Shown: positions 1-6,948, numbered from the stretch's first letter. The stretch is 10,095 nt of DNA from Elusimicrobiota bacterium (GCA_043816185.1 JBDRIG010000066.1:1-10095), one strand, 5' to 3'. A program made the numbers and translations. Notes: generated from the sequence alone by a model not told the origin.

Positions 1-19
1 CTTACCGGGGTTAAAGTCC

Positions 20-38
20 GGTGTATATATTATACACC
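20..38. other. Short perfect inverted repeat (8-bp stem, 3-nt loop); possible hairpin or operator
   Basis: ggtgtata(20-27)-tat-tatacacc(31-38), followed by acttttg. Function cannot be assigned because the upstream context lies outside the window. Confidence 0.35.
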
Positions 39-128
39 ACTTTTGATCGTTTGAAAAGATCACAAAAGGTCTGCGCTTTTATGCGTTACTTTATGACCTC
101 CCCGGAAGGAAGCTTGCTTTTCCATTAT

Positions 129-345
129 ACCATTGCGGGCGATAGAGGCTGTCCGACAAATCGTAAAACAGTCATTTTTTTGTAAAATATAGCAGTATTT
201 GGCAACTAATAGCAACAAACAACACATCATTTTTTTACTGACGCTGTGTCGTCGGTAAAGCGGAATAGGTTGTCGGACAGCCTCGATAGCGTGGCAATCT
301 CGGTGTTAAAGACGAGATTGCTTCGAACTTCGCCTTAGCAATAAC
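129..345. repeat. REP-like palindromic element, copy 1 (interrupted by MITE A)
   Basis: Removing 145-284 and one gata copy gives accattgcgggcgatagcgtggcaatctcg-gtgttaaaga-cgagattgcttcgaacttcgccttagcaataac. Inner stem gcaatctcg(294-302)/cgagattgc(313-321); ends cattgc/gcaata. Same layout as the copies at 5120-5231 and 8114-8199. Confidence 0.8.
145..284. mobile_element. MITE A: 140-bp non-autonomous element with perfect 15-bp TIRs and a target-site duplication
   Basis: gaggctgtccgacaa(145-159) is the exact reverse complement of ttgtcggacagcctc(270-284). Direct repeat gata flanks it at 141-144 and 285-288 (or 6-bp cgatag if the TIR is taken as 14 bp). No transposase ORF. Confidence 0.85.
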
Positions 346-449
346 ACCTTATTGCAATGAACATGAATATAAAATAGGTTGTCAGTAAATGAGCCACTTA
401 GCGAAGTGGTGATATTGGAACCGATATTAATTATGTCGATTCATCTCGT

Positions 450-478
450 CAAGGCAAGGCAAGGCAAGGCAAGGCAAG
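450..478 (+). repeat. Pentanucleotide microsatellite (CAAGG)5 + CAAG
   Basis: caagg x5 at 450-474, then caag at 475-478; intergenic, about 150 bp upstream of the TPR gene. Confidence 0.95.
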
Positions 479-628
479 ATAAATAACAGGTTATATATTG
501 ACTGCTCTTGTGTTAGTTTCGATATGTCGGAAAACTGCGATGGCTTGCCGCTTTGCGTCTTAATTTAATCAGTAACAAGGAGAGAGATTTTGTGGAGGTG
601 TAATTTTTCGACGAAAGTCACTTAATTT

Positions 629-916
629 ATGAAAACAAAAAAGCAATCAGTAGAGAAATTTTCAAAAGAGGAAATCGATCTAATAGAGTTGGGTAAATTT
701 TATTTTATTAGTGGGAAATACGACGAAGCAATTGAAATGTTCGAAAAGGTTGTAGAAATCAATCCAAAAAATTCCGATGCCTATTTTAATATGGGCGTAG
801 TAAAAGAAGCAAACAATGACTTTGTTGGTGCCAAAAAAATGTATGAAAAAACACTGGAAATAGTATCCGACCATAAAACGGCGAGAGAGCATCTTAATAA
901 ATTAATCGGATTGTAA
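629..916 (+). CDS. Small tetratricopeptide-repeat (TPR) protein
   Basis: 95 aa with two TPR consensus units: LGKFYFISGKYDEAIEMFEKVVEINPKN and AYFNMGVVKEANNDFVGAKKMYEKTLEIVSDH. Confidence 0.88.
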   Translation: MKTKKQSVEKFSKEEIDLIELGKFYFISGKYDEAIEMFEKVVEINPKNSDAYFNMGVVKEANNDFVGAKKMYEKTLEIVSDHKTAREHLNKLIGL

Positions 917-987
917 TGAACATAAATAAAAAAACCGAGTACGATCGAATATTTGATTAAATTGATTATCATTCGGTTTTATTTGGT

Positions 988-2031
988 ATGAGCGAAACGA
1001 ATATGAAAGATCTTGAAAATAATGCAATTAAGGAAATATCAGAGATTCAAACGAAAGAAGAACTTGAAAAAATCCGATTAAAGTATTTAGGAAAAAAAGG
1101 AATCATAACTGAAAAATTGTCGGAACTTTCTGAATTGGCACTTTCTGAGAAAAAAACGTTCGGTAGAGAAATAAATATAGCCAAACAAAATATAACAAAT
1201 GCAATTGAAAAACAACTCGCAGAAATAAATAAAAAAAATATTTCCTTTCAAGAAAATGTAATTGATATTACGCTTCCAGGCGAACCATTCAATTTTGGCA
1301 AATTTCACCCACTAACACAGATTATGGGTGAAATGAAAAATATCTTTATTAATCTTGGATTTGCTGTTGTAAGTGGCCCCGAAATCGAAACAGATTATTA
1401 TAATTTTACCGCCCTAAATATTCCCAAAGATCATCCAGCGAGAGATTTGCAGGATACGTTTTATGTTAAAACTCGAGAATCAAAAAACTCAAGAACGCAA
1501 GAATTTTTACTGCGGACACATACTTCTCCTGTTCAAATAAGGGTGATGGAAAAGCAAAAGCCCCCCATAAGAATAATTGCCCCTGGAAAAGTTTATAGAC
1601 ACGAAGTTATTGATGCATCACATTCTTTTGTTTTCCATCAAATTGAAGGGCTTACTATTGATGAAGATGTAACATTTGTCGACTTAAAAGCAATACTTGA
1701 AACTTTTGTAAAAAAAATGTTTGGTAAAAATGTTTCGTCAAGATTTCGTCCTAGTTTTTTCCCTTTCACCGAACCATCTGCTGAGGTTGATATACAATGT
1801 TTAATCTGCAAAGGAAAGGGTTGTAGCGTATGTAAACAGCTTGGTTGGGTAGAGCTTTTAGGATGCGGAATGGTTCATCCAAAGGTGTTCGGATTTGTTG
1901 ATTATGACACAAAAAAATATACAGGTTATGCGTTTGGAATAGGAATAGAACGAGTGGCGATGCTTAAATTAGGCATTGATAATATGAAACTTTTTTACGA
2001 AAACGACATGGAATTTTTAAGACAGTTTTAA
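988..2031 (+). CDS. pheS: Phenylalanine--tRNA ligase alpha subunit
   Basis: Motifs YLGKKG, HPARDLQDTFY, LLRTHTSPVQIR, FHQIEGL, RFRPSFFPFTEPSAEVD, WVELLGCGMVHP, GYAFGIGIER, plus the CxxCxGxGCxxC segment found in many bacterial PheS proteins. The true start could be the ATG at 988 or 1003. Confidence 0.98.
   Translation: MSETNMKDLENNAIKEISEIQTKEELEKIRLKYLGKKGIITEKLSELSELALSEKKTFGREINIAKQNITNAIEKQLAEINKKNISFQENVIDITLPGEPFNFGKFHPLTQIMGEMKNIFINLGFAVVSGPEIETDYYNFTALNIPKDHPARDLQDTFYVKTRESKNSRTQEFLLRTHTSPVQIRVMEKQKPPIRIIAPGKVYRHEVIDASHSFVFHQIEGLTIDEDVTFVDLKAILETFVKKMFGKNVSSRFRPSFFPFTEPSAEVDIQCLICKGKGCSVCKQLGWVELLGCGMVHPKVFGFVDYDTKKYTGYAFGIGIERVAMLKLGIDNMKLFYENDMEFLRQF
1470..1501 (+). repeat. Degenerate 8-nt tandem repeat inside pheS
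   Basis: aactcgag / aatcaaaa / aactcaag / aacgcaag encodes most of KTRESKNSRTQE, between the DTFY and LLRTHTS motifs. Confidence 0.55.
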
Positions 2032-2075
2032 GACAATAAGAAGTTCGTGATTACAATTCATTGTTTAACAATTAT

Positions 2076-2492
2076 ATGAGCGAATTGAGATGCGCAAGAA
2101 TTAATCAAGTTTTGAAAGAGCGGATTTCTGAAATTTTAATGCGGTATTTTAGAGATGAGATCGGATTTACTACCATCACTGATGTTAAAGTAACGCCTGA
2201 TTTACGTAATGCTGTTATTTATTATAGTGTTATTGGTAGCGACGATGAAAAGAAAAAAACTGCAAAATTATTGACAGCCGCTCGGTCCTTTATAAATGTT
2301 GAAATGGGGAAAAATCTGCACATAAAATATACGCCCGTCATAAAATTTGAGTATGATAATATTCCTGAAGGTGCGTCAAAAATATTTGAACTTCTTAACA
2401 AGATAGAGGAGGAAAAAATTGTTGAACATTCCGAAAAAATACAAGAGTTACCTTGCCGATCTAAAAAACATTATAGAAAATCCAAAAAATAA
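2076..2492 (+). CDS. rbfA: 30S ribosome-binding factor A
   Basis: R..RI...LKE.IS.IL; TITDVKVTPDLRNAVIYYSV; LHIKYTPVIKFEYD. The ATG at 2076 is preferred over the TTG at 2061. It precedes DHH-truB-ribF, a typical arrangement. Confidence 0.93.
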   Translation: MSELRCARINQVLKERISEILMRYFRDEIGFTTITDVKVTPDLRNAVIYYSVIGSDDEKKKTAKLLTAARSFINVEMGKNLHIKYTPVIKFEYDNIPEGASKIFELLNKIEEEKIVEHSEKIQELPCRSKKHYRKSKK

Positions 2493-3453
2493 AAGATTTT
2501 TTATAGCAGGTCACCAAAGACCCGATGGTGATAGTATTGGTGGATGTCTTGCTGTTTATTCGCTTTTGCATCGTCTAAAAAAAAGTGTATTTTTGTACAG
2601 TTTTGACCCCGTTTTATCATACCTTTCGTTTCTTCCAAATTCTGAAAAAATAAAAAAAATAAAAAAGACCGACGACAAATTTGATGTGGCAATAATTTTA
2701 GAATGTTCAGAGTCTTCAAGATTAGGTAATATAATAAATCTTAAAAAACAATCGAAAATTACAGTAAGCATAGATCATCACGCATCTAAAAAAAACTGGG
2801 CGGATATAAATTGGGCAGATCAAAATTCATCTTCTGTTTCAGAGATGATTTTTTATATTTTTAAATTTTTAAACATGTCTATTACAAAAGAAGAAGCCGT
2901 TTCACTTTATACAGGGATTATTACTGACACGCATAAATTTACACAGACAAATACAAATTCCCAATCGCATATTGTTACTGCCGAACTTTTAAAGCATGGA
3001 ATTAAACCGCAAGTTATTGAAAAAAATATTTACGGAACAAAATCACTAAATACACTTCATCTTATAGGAGCATTGTTAAAAAATATTAGAACTGACGATA
3101 CGGGCAAAATTGCGTATATTCAGATTGCAAACGATGATTTTTGCCAAACAAAGACTACTTATGAAGATACTGATGGAATTATAAATTATGCTGGGATGAT
3201 TCCTGGGGTGCTTGTATGGTTGCTTTTTAGGGAAATGCATTCGACCAATTGTCAGACGGGTGTCAGGGCAATAGAAAATCTCGTAAATGTAAGTTTTCGC
3301 TCGGTAAAAAATATTGATGTAAATAAAATTGCAGGTATTTTCGATGGCGGTGGTCACAAAAATGCTGCTGGATGTACGATTAAGGGAACAATGTCGAAAG
3401 CTATAAATGTTGTTCTTGCCATTATACAAAAGGAACTAAAAAATGTTGAGTGA
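2419..3453 (+). CDS. nrnA: DHH-family bifunctional oligoribonuclease/pAp phosphatase (NrnA-like)
   Basis: HQRPDGDSIG, IDHH, LYTGIITDT, VSFRS and GGGHKNAAG (DHHA1) motifs. TTG start with a gaggagg Shine-Dalgarno at 2406-2412. Confidence 0.92.
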   Translation: MLNIPKKYKSYLADLKNIIENPKNKRFFIAGHQRPDGDSIGGCLAVYSLLHRLKKSVFLYSFDPVLSYLSFLPNSEKIKKIKKTDDKFDVAIILECSESSRLGNIINLKKQSKITVSIDHHASKKNWADINWADQNSSSVSEMIFYIFKFLNMSITKEEAVSLYTGIITDTHKFTQTNTNSQSHIVTAELLKHGIKPQVIEKNIYGTKSLNTLHLIGALLKNIRTDDTGKIAYIQIANDDFCQTKTTYEDTDGIINYAGMIPGVLVWLLFREMHSTNCQTGVRAIENLVNVSFRSVKNIDVNKIAGIFDGGGHKNAAGCTIKGTMSKAINVVLAIIQKELKNVE

Positions 3454-4102
3454 AGCGAAATCTCGTCAAGAAAAAAATATTCTTTTGATAAATAAACCAT
3501 CAGGAATTACCTCATACGATGTTATAAGAATACTCAAAAAAAAACTTCATCCCAAAAAAATAGGACATACTGGAACGCTTGATCCTTTGGCATCTGGACT
3601 TCTTATTATCCTGATTGACGATGCAACAAAACAATCGGAAAAGTTTATGGGTATGGGAAAGAGGTATCGCGTTGAAATGCAACTCGGAGTTCACACGAAT
3701 ACCGGAGATTTAGACGGTAAAATTATACAAAAATGTAATATTCCTGATTTAAACCGTGCAAAAATCGAAAAAGTTCTTAGAAAATTTGAAGGAAAAATAA
3801 AACAAATTCCACCAATTTATTCTGCAATAAAATACAAAGGGAAAAAACTTTACGAATATGCTCGTAGTGGGATAAAAGTCAAAATAAAACCGCGTATTGT
3901 TGAAATAAAAAAAATCAAATTAATAGGCTTTAACGGAGAAATAATTACCATGCGCGTTGATTGTTCCAAAGGTACATATATAAGAACATTAGTTGAGGAC
4001 ATCGCAAAAAAACTTAAGACAGCCGCTGCTGTTTGTTGCTTAATACGCGAGAAAATAGGAAATTATAGTATTAATAAAGCAATAAAATTGGAAGATCTAT
4101 AA
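3443..4102 (+). CDS. truB: tRNA pseudouridine(55) synthase, short form without a C-terminal PUA domain
   Basis: INKPSGITSYDV, GHTGTLDPLASG (catalytic Asp), QIPPIYSAIKYKGKKLYEYARSG, CSKGTYIRTL; 219 aa. Confidence 0.96.
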   Translation: MLSEAKSRQEKNILLINKPSGITSYDVIRILKKKLHPKKIGHTGTLDPLASGLLIILIDDATKQSEKFMGMGKRYRVEMQLGVHTNTGDLDGKIIQKCNIPDLNRAKIEKVLRKFEGKIKQIPPIYSAIKYKGKKLYEYARSGIKVKIKPRIVEIKKIKLIGFNGEIITMRVDCSKGTYIRTLVEDIAKKLKTAAAVCCLIREKIGNYSINKAIKLEDL

Positions 4103-4195
4103 ACCAAGCTTTCTCAAAATAATAAAATATTAAACGAAGGATAAGCGTAAATATTAAGACACGCAATAATACTGTTGATTAGAAGGAAGGATTGG

Positions 4196-5038
4196 GTGAA
4201 AAAGGAAATCGTTGCCATAGGAATGTTTGATGGCGTGCATCTCGGACATCAAAAAGTTCTTAAAATGCTTACAGATTATGCTTTGAAAAATGATTCTGAA
4301 AGTATTGTTTTAACTTTTGACAATATCCCAAAAAATCAATTAGGTGCGATTTCAACTTTAACTGAGAAGATTCGTTTAATAAAATTGTGTGGCATAACAA
4401 AGGTTAAGGTTTTATCGTTTAATAGAATTAAAAAGTTATCCGCTTTAAATTTTTTAAAATCATACTTAAAAAATTGTTTTTGTATAATTATTGGTTATGA
4501 TTTTAGATTTGGTAAAAAAAGAATTGGCGATATTAAAACAATGAAAGATTTTTGTGAAGAAGTGATAGTCGTTAAGTCAGTTAAATATAAAAATAAAATA
4601 ATCTCTTCTACGTTAATAAAAAAAGAACTGATTGCTGGAAAAATTGAAAGCGTTAATTGTTTACTTGGGAAAAATTATACTTTTGAAGGGAAGGTTATAA
4701 GAGGTTTGAAACTCGGGAAAAAACTTGGATTTCCGACGGCAAATTTGGCAGTAGAAAAAGAAAAAATACTTCCTGAAGGTGTTTTTATTTCAAAGACAAA
4801 AATTGGTAAAAAAGAATATTATTCCCTTACATACATAGGCAAAAAACATACGCTCGGTCTGTCCGCCAAAACAGTTGAGGTTCATATTATTGATTTTAAT
4901 TGCCATTTATATGGTAAAAAAATTAGTGTTGAACTATTTTCAAAAATCAGAAACGACAAAAAGTTTCCTTCATTAGAAAAACTTGCCAAACAAATAAAAA
5001 GAGACTTAAAAATTACACGGAAATATTTTAATATATAG
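4196..5038 (+). CDS. ribF: Bifunctional riboflavin kinase/FAD synthetase
   Basis: IGMFDGVHLGHQ, GYDFRFG, ISSTLIK, GKKLGFPTAN, VEVHIIDF..LYG, IRNDKKF. The GTG at 4196 follows a purine-rich aaggaagga and is preferred over the TTG at 4175. Confidence 0.95.
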   Translation: MKKEIVAIGMFDGVHLGHQKVLKMLTDYALKNDSESIVLTFDNIPKNQLGAISTLTEKIRLIKLCGITKVKVLSFNRIKKLSALNFLKSYLKNCFCIIIGYDFRFGKKRIGDIKTMKDFCEEVIVVKSVKYKNKIISSTLIKKELIAGKIESVNCLLGKNYTFEGKVIRGLKLGKKLGFPTANLAVEKEKILPEGVFISKTKIGKKEYYSLTYIGKKHTLGLSAKTVEVHIIDFNCHLYGKKISVELFSKIRNDKKFPSLEKLAKQIKRDLKITRKYFNI

Positions 5039-5119
5039 CCCGTCGCAGAGAATTAGATTTTATATAGCTTGATGCGATGTAATATTGGTATAAACAATTA
5101 AAATCGCGAATCGTAAAAA

Positions 5120-5231
5120 GTCATTGCAATCGTCCTTGTCCGCTATTGCGGGCGAAGCAGCGAGGCAATCTCGAACTTCAACTTCAATACCGAGATTGCC
5201 GCGAGTCCTGCGCGTAATACTCCGCAATGAC
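5120..5231. repeat. REP-like palindromic element, copy 2
   Basis: Outer stem gtcattgc(5120-5127)/gcaatgac(5224-5231). Inner perfect 10-bp stem ggcaatctcg(5164-5173)/cgagattgcc(5191-5200). Side hairpin gtccgc-tatt-gcgggc(5138-5153). Confidence 0.85.
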
Positions 5232-5441
5232 AATCAAATATAAAGGACTGCTTGTAACACTACACCATGCTGTTCTTACTGGACATGTAAAAAATTTCAA
5301 AAATTTGATTTTTCAGTGTGCACTAATGCGAAGGATTATGGTAAAGTTTTTTGATAATCTCATAATAAAAACTATATGAAAAAAATTCTACTTGTTTTTG
5401 GAACACGACCCGAAGCGATAAAAATGATTCCTATTATAAAA

Positions 5442-5467
5442 GAGTTCGGAGTTCGGAGTTCGGAGTT
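5442..5467 (+). repeat. Heptanucleotide simple sequence repeat (GAGTTCG)3 + GAGTT inside the wecB 5' region
   Basis: gagttcg at 5442-5448, 5449-5455 and 5456-5462, then gagtt at 5463-5467. Confidence 0.95.
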
Positions 5468-5962
5468 AAAATATGTGTTACTGCACAACACAGAAAACTT
5501 CTCGATGAAGTATTAGATATTTTTCAAATAAAACCTGATTATGATTTAAACATAATGGAAGAAAATCAATCGCTTTTTCAAATTACGACTGCTGTGCTAA
5601 AACATCTTACACCAGTTCTTGAAAAAGAAAAACCTGATATGGTTTTGGTGCACGGCGATACAACAACCACCCTTGCGGCTGCCATTGCATCATATTATTT
5701 AAAAATTCCAGTTGGACATGTTGAAGCTGGTTTACGTTCTTACGATAAATTTAATCCGTATCCTGAAGAGATGAACCGACGTCTTACCGATGCTATTTGT
5801 GATACTTATTTTTGTCCAACATTAACAGCAAAAAAAGCACTTATTAGAGAAAACATAAATCTGAAAAATATTTTCATTACAGGAAACACAGTTATAGATG
5901 CATTATACACGATATTGCAAAAAAAGCATAAATTTCAAAACCCTACATTAAAAAAACTTTTT

Positions 5963-5995
5963 TCTACACTTCACGCCCAACGCTCTGCTCCATGC
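5963..5995 (+). repeat. Degenerate ~7-nt tandem repeat inside wecB (in frame)
   Basis: tctacac / ttcacgc / ccaacgc / tctgc / tccatgc, a C-rich patch encoding STLHAQRSAPC just before LLVTAHRREN. Confidence 0.5.
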
Positions 5996-6587
5996 CTTTT
6001 AGTTACCGCACACCGTAGAGAAAATTTTGGAAAACCGATTAAAAACATATGCAATGCTATTAAAAAAATTTCTAAGGAATTTCCAAAATATAAAATTATT
6101 TATCCAGTTCATTTGAATCCAAACGTGAAAATTCCTGTTCATAAAATTCTTGGACATTTAAAAAATGTATATTTACTCCCATCGTTAAACTATTCTGATT
6201 TTGCCAATCTTATGAAAATTTCGTACTTGGTTTTAACGGATTCTGGCGGATTACAAGAGGAAGCACCATCTTTGGGAAAACCTGTATTTGTTATGAGAGA
6301 TGTTACAGAAAGACCGGAAGCAATTGCATCAGGAACAGTAAAATTAGTCGGAACGAATGAAAAAGTAATTTTTAGAGAAGTAAAAAAACTTTTAATTGAT
6401 AAAAGCGAGTATAATAAATTGGCTAAAAGCGTTAATCCTTACGGCGATGGTTTTGCTGCAAAAAGAATAGTAAATTTTATTAAGTATTATTTTGGTTTAA
6501 GCAATAAAAGACCCAAGGAGTTTTATGTCGAAACCAGAGAAATTCAGTAAGGGAAAACACATTTATACAAAGTGGAGAAAAAACATA

Positions 6588-6595
6588 AAGGAGGT
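6588..6595 (+). promoter_or_regulatory. Shine-Dalgarno sequence for the DUF3467-like gene
   Basis: aaggaggt lies 7 nt upstream of the ATG at 6603. Confidence 0.8.
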
Positions 6596-6602
6596 AAAAA
6601 CA

Positions 6603-6908
6603 ATGTCCGAAGTAAACGAGCAAAAGCCAGTTCAGATGCAGATTGAACTTGATGAACAAACAGCACAAGGAAGTTATTCAAACCTTGCACTTATCACACA
6701 TAATGACACGGAATTTGTTTTTGATTTTGTGTATGTTCAGCCGCAACAGCCAAAAGCAAAAGTACGTGCAAGAATAATTACAAGTCCTGCTCATGCGAAA
6801 AAATTTTTGCAAGCATTGGCAGATAATATAAAAAAATACGAGGATAAATTTGGAGCGGTGAAAATTTCTTCCGACATTGGGAAAGGAATGAATTTTGGAA
6901 CTGCATAG
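6603..6908 (+). CDS. DUF3467-like conserved hypothetical protein
   Basis: QIELDE..AQGSYSNLALITHNDTEFVFDF..QP..PKAKVRARIITSPAHAKKFL.AL.DNIKKYE.KFG matches the DUF3467 pattern as I recall it. The strong SD supports a start at 6603 rather than 6525. Confidence 0.82.
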   Translation: MSEVNEQKPVQMQIELDEQTAQGSYSNLALITHNDTEFVFDFVYVQPQQPKAKVRARIITSPAHAKKFLQALADNIKKYEDKFGAVKISSDIGKGMNFGTA

Positions 6909-6948
6909 GTATAATTTTTAGAAAAGATTTTTAAATTATTGCTTAAAG

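Larger units (their letters stand above)
5376..6550 (+). pseudogene. wecB: UDP-N-acetylglucosamine 2-epimerase (non-hydrolysing), frameshifted at a heptamer tandem repeat (possibly phase-variable)
   Basis: The ATG at 5376 gives MKKILLVFGTRPEAIKM... and this frame stops at 5514-5516. The conserved continuation KICVTAQHR..LDEVLDIFQIKPDYDLNIM is in the frame of ORF 5555-6550, which has VHGDT, GHVEAGLRS, PEEMNR, TAHRREN, DSGGLQEEAP, TERPE and NPYGDG. The frame switch coincides with 5442-5467. Confidence 0.93.

Noticed and set aside
917..987. T-box riboswitch or pheM-type attenuator upstream of pheS
   Set aside because: The gap is only 71 nt, with no T-box consensus and no Phe-rich leader peptide.
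987..2084. Identical tatgagcgaa at the starts of pheS (987-996) and rbfA (2075-2084) as a recombination scar
   Set aside because: Only 10 bp, explained by a common M-S-E start; not enough support.
3443..4102. truB as a truncated pseudogene
   Set aside because: All catalytic motifs are present, PUA-less TruB of this size is known in several lineages, and no out-of-frame PUA remnant is evident downstream.
5079..5262. Very degenerate inverted ends around REP copy 2 (gtaatatt..ataaacaat / actgcttgtaacactac)
   Set aside because: Needs a 3-nt gap and five mismatches, and no clear TSD is visible.
5555..6550. Treating the 331-aa ORF as a complete gene starting at 5555
   Set aside because: It lacks the conserved N-terminal GTRPE and TAQH motifs, which lie upstream across the frameshift.
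6525..6602. 26-aa N-terminal extension of the DUF3467-like ORF
   Set aside because: The strong SD at 6588-6595 points to the ATG at 6603, and the extension overlaps the end of wecB.
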